Below are positions 1 through 9,867 of a DNA stretch of 64,000 nt, in pieces; the first letter of the stretch is position 1; the number at the start of each line of letters is the position of its first letter. A program made the translations under genes and the position numbers. The notes under the pieces are model-generated. The model had not been told where the DNA came from. It saw nothing but the letters and a program-made list of their open reading frames with translations, and ran no database searches. Source of the DNA: Alphaproteobacteria bacterium (GTDB lineage: Bacteria > Pseudomonadota > Alphaproteobacteria > UBA828); NCBI GenBank assembly GCA_965214705.1, contig OZ243972.1:3872001-3936000 (forward strand), given 5' to 3'.

Positions 1-1
1 A

Positions 2-1102
2 GTCGCGACGCTCGATCTCTCCACCCAGCAGCGGATCGAGATTGCCCGCGCCATCTCGCGCGAGCCGAGGATTCTGCTGCTGGATGAGCCCACCTCGGCG
101 CTCTCCGGCAAGGATGTCGAATGGCTGCACGGGCAGGTCGATGCGTTGCGGGAGCAAGGCGTCACCACGGTGTTCATCTCCCACCGCATGCAGGAGGTCC
201 GGCGCTTCTGCGACAACCTGACCGTGCTGCGCAACGGCGCCAACGTGGGGAGCTTCGCTGTCGCCGACATCTCGGAGGAGGAGGTCATCGCGCTGGTGAT
301 CGGCCGCTCGCTGGCCGCGACCTTTCCAGAGAAGCCGCCGCGCGCAGCGGGGGAGACAGCGGAGCCGGTCCTTTCGGCCGAAGGCCTCGCGGCGGGCGGC
401 AGGCTCAAGGACCTGTCGTTCGCGCTGCGGCCCGGCGACGTGCTCGGCGTCGCGGGGCTCGAAGGCATGGGGCAGCGTGAGCTGTTTCTCGCTCTGTTCG
501 GCATGATCAGACCCACGGCCGGCACGGTCTCGGTCTACGGCAAGCCGGTCACCCTGAAGTCGCCGCGCGATGCGCTGCGGGCCGACATCGGCATCAGCCT
601 GGTGCCGGAGGAACGCAAGACGGAGGCGCTGGCGCTAGAGATGACCGGGCGGGAGAACGTCTCGCTGCCGGTCATCGAGCGGTTCAGGCGTTTCGGGGTC
701 ATCGACACGGCGGCGGAGTCCGCGGCCGTTTCTCAGGTGCTGGATCTGGTGCAGGTGGATCGCCGGGCGCTCCATACCGCCTGCAAGGTCTTCAGCGGCG
801 GCAACCAGCAAAAGCTCGCCATCGCCAAGTGGCTGCTGACCGAAAACCGCATCCTGCTCATGTACGACCCGACCCGCGGCGTCGATGTGGGCACCAAGGC
901 CGAGATCTACGTGATGATCCGTGCGTATGCGAGCGCGGGCGGCGCGGTGCTGTTCTACTCCACCGACGTTTCGGAGCTGGTCAACCTCTGCGATGAGGTG
1001 AAGGTCGTCTATCGCGGCCGCGCAGCGGCGACGCTGAGCGGCGACGCGCTCTCGGAGCCCGCCGTCATGCGCGCGGCGCTGGGCGAGGGCGGGGCGCCGT
1101 GA
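2..1102 (+). CDS. Sugar-type ABC transporter ATP-binding protein (RbsA/MglA-like), 5'-partial
   Basis: Frame open from base 2: QRIEIARA..ILLLDEPTSAL..FISHRM; second NBD FSGGNQQKLAIAKW..YDPTRGVDVG. Confidence 0.93.
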   Translation, partial: VATLDLSTQQRIEIARAISREPRILLLDEPTSALSGKDVEWLHGQVDALREQGVTTVFISHRMQEVRRFCDNLTVLRNGANVGSFAVADISEEEVIALVIGRSLAATFPEKPPRAAGETAEPVLSAEGLAAGGRLKDLSFALRPGDVLGVAGLEGMGQRELFLALFGMIRPTAGTVSVYGKPVTLKSPRDALRADIGISLVPEERKTEALALEMTGRENVSLPVIERFRRFGVIDTAAESAAVSQVLDLVQVDRRALHTACKVFSGGNQQKLAIAKWLLTENRILLMYDPTRGVDVGTKAEIYVMIRAYASAGGAVLFYSTDVSELVNLCDEVKVVYRGRAAATLSGDALSEPAVMRAALGEGGAP

Positions 1103-3228
1103 ACGGCAGACCGCTGCTGCCGCTGCCGCGATTCGATCGCGACAGTCTCCCGGTGTTGAACTGGCAGCGCCAGCGCGGCCTCCTGATCTCGGTCGGTGTG
1201 TTCCTGGTGATGCTGATCATCCTTCAGCTCGTGAAGGGCGAGGGGATCAGCTACTTCGACGTGAGCTCCATCACCACCGGTGCGACGACGCTGGCGCTCG
1301 CGGCCGTGGGCGAGACCATCGTCATCCTGGCCGGCGGCTTCGATCTCTCGGCCGGCGCGGTGATCTCGCTGGTCAACGTGATGATCATCCAGTTCCTCGG
1401 CGGCGGGTCCGAGTTCTCCTCCGATGTCGCCGCGCTTTCCGGCGCCGAGTTCATCGGGGCGGCGCTGGCGCTGGCGCTTGCGGTGGGCGCGGCGATCGGG
1501 GCGATCAACGGCTTCCTGATTGCCTTTCTCGGCCTGTCGGCGATCGTCGTGACGCTCGCCACGATGTTCATCGCGCAGGGCGCGGCCCTGCTGGTGATGA
1601 CCCACGCGGGCGGCGAGGCGCCGTGGGAGTTCAGCATGTTCTTCACCGGCGAGGCCATCGCCGGTGTGCTGCCCGCGCCGATCATCGTGCTCGCGGTCGT
1701 CATCGTGCTCTGGCTGGCGCTGCGGAATTCGCGGCTCGGGACCGGTATCTACGCCATCGGCAGCGACGAGAAGTCGGCGCTGGCGAGCGGCACCGACGTG
1801 CGGATGACGAAGTTCTGGGCCTACACCATCGCCGGCGTTTGCTACGGCGCCGCCGGCATGTTCATGACGGCCCAGATCGGCGCCGGAGACCCGCTGATCG
1901 GCGCCAAGTTCCTGCTCAAGATTTTCGCCGCCGTGGTCATCGGCGGGACACTGATCGGCGGCGGTCGCGGCGGCTGTGTCGGCACCGTCTTCGGCGCGCT
2001 GACGCTGACCATCATCCTCACGATCTTCCTGCTGCTCGGCATGCGCACCTGGTACGTGCCGTTGGCCGAGGGCGCGATCCTGATCTTCGCAGTGCTGGGG
2101 CTCTCGATGAGCCGGGACCTGCCGGTAGTGGATGTCGTGCGCGGCTGGCGGCAGGCGCTCCGCACGCGTTGGCGGGCACCGGTCGTGCCCTCGGCCGGCC
2201 TCGGAGGTGACGGACTGTTGCAAGACCTGCTGGGCCGAACGGCCGCCCGAGGCGGCCCCGACCTGACTCGCCCGACCGCAGGCTGGTTCACCCGCAACCA
2301 GGCCACGCTCCGCTATATCTCTCCCACCTACGTCATGTTCGCCGTGATCGTGATCGCGACTGTGGTGCTCTTCGGTGAGAACCTGTCGGCGCTCGAATAT
2401 CTCAACGTCCTGCTGCTGTTCACCGCCTTCCTCGCGATCCTGGGCCTGGGCCAGGGGGCGGTCATCATCTCGGGCGGGCTCGATCTTTCGGTTGCGTGGG
2501 CGATCACGTTCCCCGCGATCGTCGTCACCACCTTTTGCTTCGGTGAGAACGGGCCGGCCTATTGGGCGGTGCCGCTGGCGCTGGCGATCGGACTCGCCAT
2601 CGGCTGTCTGAACGGCCTCATGATCGTGCTCTTCAGGATGTCTCCGATCATCGTCACGCTGGCGATGGCGGGCATGCTCGAAGGCATCTCGCTCATCTTC
2701 AGCGACGGCGCGCCTATTGGCGGCTCGCCGCCGGTGCTGCGCTGGTTCGTGTCGGGCCGGCTGCTCGGCATCGCGCCCATCGGCTGGTTCCTGATCGCGT
2801 TTGCGATCGCGGCCACGATCTTCCTCAACCGGACCGCCTTCGGGCGCAGGCTCTACACAGTGGGCAACAGCGTCACCGTGGCGCGGCTCTCCGGCGTCTG
2901 GACCGGCTCGGTCATCGTCGGCGCCTACATGTTGAGCGGCTTCTGCTCCGCGCTGGTGGGCGTGTTGCTCTCGGGCTTCAGCGGGCAGGCGTTCTTCGGC
3001 ATGGGGGATCCGTTCCTGCTGCAATCGATCGCGGTGGTGGTGCTGGGCGGCACGCTGATCACCGGCGGGCGCGGCCACTTCGTCGGCATCCTGGGCGGCG
3101 CCCTGTTGTTCACGGCGCTCGGCTCGCTGCTGACAGGAACGATGCTGCCGGAGGCCGTGCGCAGTATCATCTACGGACTTGTGCTGCTCGGCGCTATCGT
3201 CGCGCTCAGGGAGCGCGCGGACGCATGA
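1099..3228 (+). CDS. ABC permease with two fused RbsC/BPD_transp_2 domains
   Basis: Two GGxDLS and two AVVxGGT motifs in 709 hydrophobic aa; GTGA overlap with upstream ATPase stop. Confidence 0.9.
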   Translation: MNGRPLLPLPRFDRDSLPVLNWQRQRGLLISVGVFLVMLIILQLVKGEGISYFDVSSITTGATTLALAAVGETIVILAGGFDLSAGAVISLVNVMIIQFLGGGSEFSSDVAALSGAEFIGAALALALAVGAAIGAINGFLIAFLGLSAIVVTLATMFIAQGAALLVMTHAGGEAPWEFSMFFTGEAIAGVLPAPIIVLAVVIVLWLALRNSRLGTGIYAIGSDEKSALASGTDVRMTKFWAYTIAGVCYGAAGMFMTAQIGAGDPLIGAKFLLKIFAAVVIGGTLIGGGRGGCVGTVFGALTLTIILTIFLLLGMRTWYVPLAEGAILIFAVLGLSMSRDLPVVDVVRGWRQALRTRWRAPVVPSAGLGGDGLLQDLLGRTAARGGPDLTRPTAGWFTRNQATLRYISPTYVMFAVIVIATVVLFGENLSALEYLNVLLLFTAFLAILGLGQGAVIISGGLDLSVAWAITFPAIVVTTFCFGENGPAYWAVPLALAIGLAIGCLNGLMIVLFRMSPIIVTLAMAGMLEGISLIFSDGAPIGGSPPVLRWFVSGRLLGIAPIGWFLIAFAIAATIFLNRTAFGRRLYTVGNSVTVARLSGVWTGSVIVGAYMLSGFCSALVGVLLSGFSGQAFFGMGDPFLLQSIAVVVLGGTLITGGRGHFVGILGGALLFTALGSLLTGTMLPEAVRSIIYGLVLLGAIVALRERADA

Positions 3229-3254
3229 CTCGCGGAGGGAGCGCGCGGACGCAT
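3208..3254 (+). repeat. 19-bp perfect direct repeat AGGGAGCGCGCGGACGCAT
   Basis: Copies at 3208-3226 and 3236-3254. Confidence 0.85.
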
Positions 3255-3316
3255 AGGGCTGGAGGCACCGAGACCGGACATTCGCCGCGACGTGGCAACG
3301 CCAGAAGGGGGAAACC

Positions 3317-4231
3317 ATGGCCACGAAGAAAGACATTCAGGTTTGTTTCAATCCCCATTTCGATTCGGTTTCGCTCTGGATCGGATCGTTCGGCGGCGCC
3401 GATTCGCCCTGCGACATCTCGCGCGGCGTCTTCGCGGCGCGGCAGGGGGTGCCGCGCATTCTCGAAATGATGGACCGCTACGGCATCAAGACCACGTGGG
3501 ACATCACCGGCCATTCGATCGAGAGCTTTCCAAAGGAATCGGAATTGATCGTGAAGTACGGCCACGAGCTGGGCGTGCACGGCTACACGCACGAGAACCC
3601 GCTCGCCATGTCGCGCCAGCAGGAGGCCGACGTGCTCGACAAGTGCATCGAGCTGGTGACCGACCTCTGCGGCGTGCGCCCGGTCGGCTACGTCGCGCCG
3701 TGGTGGGAGCTCAGCCCCAACACCATCGATCTGCTGATTGAGCGTGGTTTCCTCTATGACCGCAGCGTCATGGAGGACGACTACACCCCGCATTACCTGC
3801 GCAGCGGCGATAGCTGGACCAAGATCGACTATACCCAGGAAGCCAAGACCTGGATGAAGCCCTGGCAGCCGGGGGAGGCGGTCGACCTCGTCGAGCTGCC
3901 GGCGAGCTGGTACCTCGACGACGCGCCGCCCATGATGTTCGTGAAAACCTTCCCGAACAGCCATGGCTGGGTCAATCCGCGGGATGTCGAGGACATCTGG
4001 CGCGACCAGTTCGACTGGATCTACCGTCACTACGACTATGCGATCTACACCTGCGTGATCCATCCGGACTGCGCTGGCAAGCCGCAGGTGCTGATGATGC
4101 TGGAGCGGATCTTCGACCACATTCTGGCACATACCGGTGTGCGCATGATCACGATGCGGGAGATGGCCGAGGACTTCAAACGCCGCCATCCCTTCAACGG
4201 TACGACCGAGGGCGCGCCCGCCGTGGACTAA
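3317..4231 (+). CDS. Polysaccharide deacetylase family, PgdA(HP0310)/PuuE-like amidohydrolase
   Basis: GHELGVHGYTHE, GYVAPWWE, ELPASWYLDD motifs. Confidence 0.88.
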   Translation: MATKKDIQVCFNPHFDSVSLWIGSFGGADSPCDISRGVFAARQGVPRILEMMDRYGIKTTWDITGHSIESFPKESELIVKYGHELGVHGYTHENPLAMSRQQEADVLDKCIELVTDLCGVRPVGYVAPWWELSPNTIDLLIERGFLYDRSVMEDDYTPHYLRSGDSWTKIDYTQEAKTWMKPWQPGEAVDLVELPASWYLDDAPPMMFVKTFPNSHGWVNPRDVEDIWRDQFDWIYRHYDYAIYTCVIHPDCAGKPQVLMMLERIFDHILAHTGVRMITMREMAEDFKRRHPFNGTTEGAPAVD

Positions 4232-4318
4232 GCGAGGGCGCGAACCGCGCCGCCGGCCCCGCGTCCTGCGCCGAGGGGCCGCCGGCGGAAACACCGAAGC
4301 GCAGCGAAAGGAGCTCCC

Positions 4319-5377
4319 ATGTCGACCGGATCCCTCGCGGAAATTCCGCTCATCGACCTCAGCCCTTATTTCGCGGGCGACCCGGCCGAAAAGCGGCGTG
4401 TCGCGGACGAGATCAGCCGAGCCTGCGAGCGCATCGGTTTCTTCATGGTCTCGGGCCACGGGGTGGACCCGGCGCTGATCGAGCGCGCGCGTCGTGAATC
4501 CCTGACGTTCTTCGGCCTGCCGATGAAGGAGAAGCTTGCCATCAGGAAGCCAGAGGGCGATTTGGCGGTCCGCGGTTACGAGCCGGTGGGCACGGAGCAC
4601 CTCTCGGCGACGATCGGCGTGGAGACGCCGCCCGACCTGAAGGAATCGATCTCCTTCGGGCCTATCGAGGCGTTCGATCATCCGTCCTGCCATACAGAGG
4701 CAGCCGCGCCATGCTACGCGCCCAATATCTTTCCGCAGCACCCGGCGGAGCTCCGCCAGACCATCGAGGACTATATCCGGGCCCTCGACCTGCTCGGCTG
4801 GCACCTGCACCGGCTCGCGGCCATCGCCTTCGAACTGCCCGAGGACCACTTCGACGCCATGCTCGAACGGGGCTTCAGCATCCTCCGCGTGCTGAACTAT
4901 CCCGAGCAGAAATCGGCGCCCAAGGAGGGGCAGCTTCGCGCCGGCGAGCACTCGGACTACGACAACCTCACCATCTGCCTGATCGAGGACAAGCCGGGCG
5001 GCCTGCAGGCGCGCGGCCCGGACGGCACCTGGGTGAACGTGCCGGCCATCCCCGGCTCGTTCGTGGTCAACATTGGCGACTTCCTGATGCGCTGGACCAA
5101 CGACCGCTGGAAGTCCACGCGGCATCGCGTGCTCAACCCGCCGCACGCGTCCGGAGACCGCCTCTCCTTCTGCCACTTCATCGAGCCCAACTACGACGCG
5201 CTGATCGAGTGTCTGCCGACCTGCCACAGCCAGGAGGAGCCGGCGAAGTACCCGCCGATCACGGCCGGCGCCTACATGCTCGAGAAATTCTCCAGCCAGG
5301 AGAGCGGCCGCGAGTGGGACGACGAGGACAGCGAGAAGTTCGGTACCGGAGACACCGAGACGCGCTTCGTCAACTGA
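4319..5377 (+). CDS. Isopenicillin N synthase-family 2OG-Fe(II) dioxygenase
   Basis: IPLIDL, GFFMVSGHG, HSD, HRV and RLS motifs. Confidence 0.92.
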   Translation: MSTGSLAEIPLIDLSPYFAGDPAEKRRVADEISRACERIGFFMVSGHGVDPALIERARRESLTFFGLPMKEKLAIRKPEGDLAVRGYEPVGTEHLSATIGVETPPDLKESISFGPIEAFDHPSCHTEAAAPCYAPNIFPQHPAELRQTIEDYIRALDLLGWHLHRLAAIAFELPEDHFDAMLERGFSILRVLNYPEQKSAPKEGQLRAGEHSDYDNLTICLIEDKPGGLQARGPDGTWVNVPAIPGSFVVNIGDFLMRWTNDRWKSTRHRVLNPPHASGDRLSFCHFIEPNYDALIECLPTCHSQEEPAKYPPITAGAYMLEKFSSQESGREWDDEDSEKFGTGDTETRFVN

Positions 5378-5396
5378 CCGCGGTGAGATCGCCGCG

Positions 5397-6497
5397 CTAA
5401 TCGTCCACGGCCTCCCGCATCCATTGCTGGAGCGTCCGGATGGAGTGCTCGGAGTTGAGCCCGCCGCGGGGATCGAGCACGAGCGGGCCGGGCCGGTAGC
5501 CGCGATTCTTCAAGCCCTTCGCCACGCTTTCGACCAGCCGGATATCCTCCGCGACCGTGGTCTCCAGGTCTTGCGCCGCGAGCTGCCGGATCATGGCGCT
5601 CTCGTCACCGCCCGGCGTGTACCAGCCGCGCCAGACGGTGCACGTGTCCACGTCGTGGGCGCGCCAGTGATAGGTGTTCAGCACGTTGCCCGGATAGACC
5701 TGGAACGAGAACATCGGCCAGAGGAAGAACGTGCGGTATTCCCCGGCATGGGGCACCGATAGGTCGATCGGATAGCTCATCCGCTCCAGGTTCTGGCACT
5801 CGGTCGTGTGCCGCAGGACGTAGCCTTCCCCTGAAGGCTTGATGTCATAGGTCTCAGGCCGGATTACGCCGGTCGCAAAGGTCGGATGGCGCAGCACGCA
5901 GTGGTAGCATTCGGAGTGGTTCTCGACCGAGACCTTCCAGTTGCAGGCTTCCGGGACCTCGATCCATTCCAGCGGCGCGAGTGCGCCGATGCCCGGCACG
6001 TAGTCCGCGAGTTCCTCCCGCACGCCCGGATACCACGCGTCCATCGGCGCCGCGTCGTCGTCGAGATTGACGAAGACGAAGCCGTGCACGCTCTCGATCC
6101 GCACCGCCGTCAAGCGAATGGATGAACCATCGAAGCCGGGAACCGCCTCCACGTTCGGCCCGCTGCGGAACGCGCCGGTCAGCTCGTAGGACCAGGCGTG
6201 GTAGGGGCAGACGATCGCGCGCGTCGTGCCGGCGCCTTCCACCAGCCGATGCCCCCGGTGCTGGCACACGTTGTAGAAGGCGCGCAGCACGCCGTCGCGC
6301 CCGCGGATGCAGAACAGGCTCTCGCCCGCAATCTCGCACGTGAAGTAGTCGCCGGCCTCGCGCGCTTGGCTCTCGTGCCCGGCGAACTGCCAGGTGCGGG
6401 CGAACAGTCCCTGGCGCTCCTTCTCGAAGATGGCCGGATCGGTGTAGTAGCGTGCGGCGAGCGAACGGACGGGCGCAGGCGGGTCTTGACCTGTCAT
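5397..6497 (-). CDS. Rieske oxygenase alpha subunit (choline/carnitine monooxygenase-like)
   Basis: CQHRGH..CPYH Rieske motif; NWK..EN.SECYHC..H iron site; start placed at MTGQDP after GAGGA. Confidence 0.88.
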   Translation of the reverse strand: MTGQDPPAPVRSLAARYYTDPAIFEKERQGLFARTWQFAGHESQAREAGDYFTCEIAGESLFCIRGRDGVLRAFYNVCQHRGHRLVEGAGTTRAIVCPYHAWSYELTGAFRSGPNVEAVPGFDGSSIRLTAVRIESVHGFVFVNLDDDAAPMDAWYPGVREELADYVPGIGALAPLEWIEVPEACNWKVSVENHSECYHCVLRHPTFATGVIRPETYDIKPSGEGYVLRHTTECQNLERMSYPIDLSVPHAGEYRTFFLWPMFSFQVYPGNVLNTYHWRAHDVDTCTVWRGWYTPGGDESAMIRQLAAQDLETTVAEDIRLVESVAKGLKNRGYRPGPLVLDPRGGLNSEHSIRTLQQWMREAVDD

Positions 6498-6667
6498 TCG
6501 CGACGATCCTCCCCGGCGGGCGATGCGGCGCACGCGACGCCGGCCAGGATAGGCGAAACGGCTGTCCATCGCCCAGTAGAATGTCCACGCGAGTCGCTTG
6601 GTTGGGAGAGCTCCCCGATGGTTCCATTCTTCGACACACATCACGTCGGCAACATCGCGGTCGTGCC

Positions 6668-7147
6668 ATGACGATCGCCCGCATCCGGCACGCGGCTCTC
6701 GCGGTTGCGCTGGGGACCATGCTCACGGTTGCAGGGTTTGCCTCGGCCGGCCGGGCGGAGACCGGCGCGCTCGAGCCGCTGACCATCGAGACGGGCACGG
6801 GCGTCCACATCATTCAGGTCGAGGTTGCGCGCTCGGCCGAAGAGCGCGCCGTCGGCCTCATGCACCGCACCGAGCTCGCACCGGACCGCGGCATGCTCTT
6901 CGACTACGGGACCACACGGCCGGCCACCATGTGGATGAAGAACACGCTGATCTCGCTGGACATGTTCTTCGCCGAGAGCACCGGGCGTATCGTCACCATC
7001 GCCGAACGCACCACCCCGCTCTCCGAGAAGCGGGTACACTCCGGCCAGCCGGTCCGATTTGTGCTGGAGATGATCGCAGGCTCCGCCCGGCGCCTCGGCA
7101 TCGCGCCCGGCGACCGCCTGCGCCACCCGCTGATCGAGCAGCCATGA
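6668..7147 (+). CDS. DUF192 domain exported protein
   Basis: Signal peptide; ERAVGLMHR, GMLFDY, MWMKNTLISLDM. Confidence 0.9.
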   Translation: MTIARIRHAALAVALGTMLTVAGFASAGRAETGALEPLTIETGTGVHIIQVEVARSAEERAVGLMHRTELAPDRGMLFDYGTTRPATMWMKNTLISLDMFFAESTGRIVTIAERTTPLSEKRVHSGQPVRFVLEMIAGSARRLGIAPGDRLRHPLIEQP

Positions 7148-7482
7148 GCGCGGCGCAGCTCAAGACCGAGGTGCTGGTGCAGGCGGGCTTCCGCTATTGC
7201 CAGCAGGCGCTGTTGTTCGCTGCGCTCCGGCGCCGCGGCGATGCCGACGCGGGCGCGCTCCTGGTCAAGGTCAGCCGGCTCGACGGCACGGCGGCGGTCT
7301 TCGCCCGGACTCAATCGCTCGACGGCGATCTTGCCTGGCGCCGCGCCACCGGCGAGGGCTGGATTCCGGAGGAGGAGGCCGAGGCGCGGCTCGCGCGGGA
7401 GATCGACTTCGACCCGGACGTCTGGATCGTCGAGGTCGAGGACCCCGAGGGCCGCAACCCCTTCGCGACGCTGACCGGCTGA
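7144..7482 (+). CDS. DUF1491 family protein
   Basis: RRGDADAGALLVK..FDPDVWIVEVED; ATGA overlap. Confidence 0.88.
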   Translation: MSAAQLKTEVLVQAGFRYCQQALLFAALRRRGDADAGALLVKVSRLDGTAAVFARTQSLDGDLAWRRATGEGWIPEEEAEARLAREIDFDPDVWIVEVEDPEGRNPFATLTG

Positions 7483-7552
7483 GCGGTTTTCCCGCATCAT
7501 TCGCCGCGTTCGCGGTCCGGTTTCGCGTCCCACCGCGACGCACATTAATTTC

Positions 7553-7582
7553 ATGCGGGACACGCCGGGATTAAGCGGGATA
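7553..7582 (-). repeat. 10-bp-period TCCCG motif array
   Basis: CGGGA at 7556, 7566, 7576; same motif family at 27935-27969. Confidence 0.5.
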
Positions 7583-7701
7583 GGTGTGATCCCCTGGGAC
7601 AAGCGGCGGCAATGACGTGGGATGCGGGTGGTTCGCTCGCACATGGCATGGCGCGATCCTGCCGCAGGCGCCGCGCCCGGTGCATCGCACCATGGTGCGG
7701 G

Positions 7702-9783
7702 TTATCCCGAGCGCAGGTAGCGCACCGCCATGTCGCGCTCGAACAGGTAGAGCAGCGTGCGCAGCGCCTGGCCGCGCTCCGCTTCCAGCTCCGGGTCGCG
7801 CTCCAGCACGAGGCGCACGTCGTCGCGCGCAACCGCCAGCAGCTCTTCGTGCACGGCAAGGTCGGCGAGGTGGAAGGCCGGCATGCCGCTCTGGCGCGTG
7901 CCCAGCAGCTCGCCGGCGCCCCTGAGACGCAGGTCCTCCTCAGCGATGCGAAAGCCGTCGTCGGTCTCGCGCAGGATGTTGAGCCGCGCCCGCGCGGTCT
8001 CGCCCAGCGGCGCGGCGTAGAGCAGCAGGCAGGTCCCCGGCTTCGCCCCGCGCCCGACCCGGCCGCGCAGCTGGTGCAGCTGGGCGAGGCCGAAGCGCTC
8101 CGCGTGCTCGACGATCATGATGGTGGCCGCCGCCACGTCCACGCCCACCTCGACCACCGTCGTCGCCACCAGGATGTCGGCGCCGTCGCCCGCGAAGGCG
8201 GCCATGGCGGCGTCCTTCTCGGGCCCCTTCATGCGGCCGTGGATCAACGCGACACGGGCGCCGAAGGCCTCGGCCAGTTTCACGTGGCGATCGGTTGCGG
8301 CGGCGAGGTCCACGGCTTCGGATTCCTCCACCAGCGGGCAGACCCAGTAGACCTTGGCACCCGTGCCGAGCGCGCGGCGCACGGCGGCGACCACCTCCTC
8401 CAGCCGCTCCAGCGGCATGGCGCGGGTGGCGACGGCGGCGCGACCCGGCAGCCGCCCTTCGATGCGCGAGACATCCATGTCGCCGTAAGCGGTGAGCACC
8501 AGCGAACGCGGGATCGGGGTCGCGGTCATCACCAGCAGGTCCGCCGCCGGCCCCTTGCGCGCGAGCAGCATGCGCTGGTGCACGCCAAAACGGTGCTGCT
8601 CGTCGACCACGGCGAGCGCCAGGTCCTTGAAATCCACGCCCTTCTGGAACAGCGCATGGGTGCCGACCAGGATATCGACCTCGCCGGCGGCGAGCGCCGC
8701 CAGTGTCCGCTCGCGGGCGCGCCCCTTCTCCCGCCCCGTGAGCCGGGCGAGCGTGACGCCGCTGCCTTCCAGCAGCGTGCCCAGCGTCTCCGCGTGCTGG
8801 TTCGCCAGCAGCTCGGTCGGCACCATCAGGGCGGCCTGTGCGCCGGCCTCCACCGCGACCAGCATGGCGAAGAGCGCCACCACGGTCTTGCCGCTGCCGA
8901 CATCGCCCTGCAGCAGGCGGAGCATCCGGCGTTCCCTGGCGAGGTCCTCGACGATCTTGCCGGCGGCGTTGCGCTGGCTCTCGGTCAGGGTGAAGGGGAG
9001 GGCTGCCTCCACCGCGTGGCGGAGCCGGCCGTCGCCCTCGATGGCACGGCCGCGTCCGCCTCTGGCGGAGCGCCGAACCAGCGCCAGCGCGAGCTGGTTC
9101 GCCAGCAGCTCGTCGTAGGCGAGGCGGGAGCGCACAGGAGTGTCGGGCTCCAGGTCGGCGGCGTTCTCGGGCGCGTGCGCGGCCGCGAGCGCCTGGTTCC
9201 ACGCCGGCCAGCGGCGCGCCTCGACCAAACGCGGCTCGATCCATTCCGGCACCGCCGGCGCCCGCGCCAGCGCGGCGCGCACCGCGCGGGTCATCGGCTT
9301 CAGCGTGACGCCTGCCGTCAGCGGATAGATGGGCTCGACCGTCTGCACGCTCTCGCGCTGATCCAGCGGCGCGATGTGGTCTGGGTGCGCCATCTGGATC
9401 TCGCTGCCGTAGTGCTCGACGCGCCCGCTCACCACCCGCACCGACCCTTCGGGCAGTCGCTGCCGCAGCCAGTCCCCCTTCGCGTGGAAGAAGACCAGCG
9501 TGAGGGTTCCCGTCTCGTCCGAGCAGTAGACCTTGGTGGGGCGCCTGCGGTCCGGCGCCGGCTGGTGGCGATCGACGCGCACGGTGAGCGTCGCCGTGGC
9601 TCCGGCCTCGGCCTCGGCCACCTTCGGCGCATGGCGCCGGTCGATCAGCCCCGACGGCAGGTGCCAGAGCAGGTGCACCACCAGCGGCCCGGCCAGCCGC
9701 TCGTAGGCCGAGGCCGTGCGGGCGCCGACTCCCGGCAGCACCGTCGCCGGCGCGAACAGCGGGTTGAGGATCGCCGGGCGCAT
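7702..9783 (-). CDS. recG: ATP-dependent DNA helicase RecG
   Basis: LQGDVGSGKT, DEQHRFGV, MTATPIPR, QLRGRVGRG, GTRQSG. Confidence 0.98.
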   Translation of the reverse strand: MRPAILNPLFAPATVLPGVGARTASAYERLAGPLVVHLLWHLPSGLIDRRHAPKVAEAEAGATATLTVRVDRHQPAPDRRRPTKVYCSDETGTLTLVFFHAKGDWLRQRLPEGSVRVVSGRVEHYGSEIQMAHPDHIAPLDQRESVQTVEPIYPLTAGVTLKPMTRAVRAALARAPAVPEWIEPRLVEARRWPAWNQALAAAHAPENAADLEPDTPVRSRLAYDELLANQLALALVRRSARGGRGRAIEGDGRLRHAVEAALPFTLTESQRNAAGKIVEDLARERRMLRLLQGDVGSGKTVVALFAMLVAVEAGAQAALMVPTELLANQHAETLGTLLEGSGVTLARLTGREKGRARERTLAALAAGEVDILVGTHALFQKGVDFKDLALAVVDEQHRFGVHQRMLLARKGPAADLLVMTATPIPRSLVLTAYGDMDVSRIEGRLPGRAAVATRAMPLERLEEVVAAVRRALGTGAKVYWVCPLVEESEAVDLAAATDRHVKLAEAFGARVALIHGRMKGPEKDAAMAAFAGDGADILVATTVVEVGVDVAAATIMIVEHAERFGLAQLHQLRGRVGRGAKPGTCLLLYAAPLGETARARLNILRETDDGFRIAEEDLRLRGAGELLGTRQSGMPAFHLADLAVHEELLAVARDDVRLVLERDPELEAERGQALRTLLYLFERDMAVRYLRSG

Positions 9784-9867
9784 GATGTGAGAACCCTATC
9801 CGCGCGGTATGCGAGCGCCAACCGGGCGGCTAAGGTGGACCAATTGATTCGAGCGGCGGAGGCTCCC

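Noticed and set aside
6548-6568. LysR-type box GGATAG..CTGTCC upstream of the Rieske gene
   Set aside because: Weak dyad that does not fit T-N11-A; no regulator nearby.
7148-7701. tRNA near DUF192/recG
   Set aside because: No cloverleaf or T-arm consensus found.
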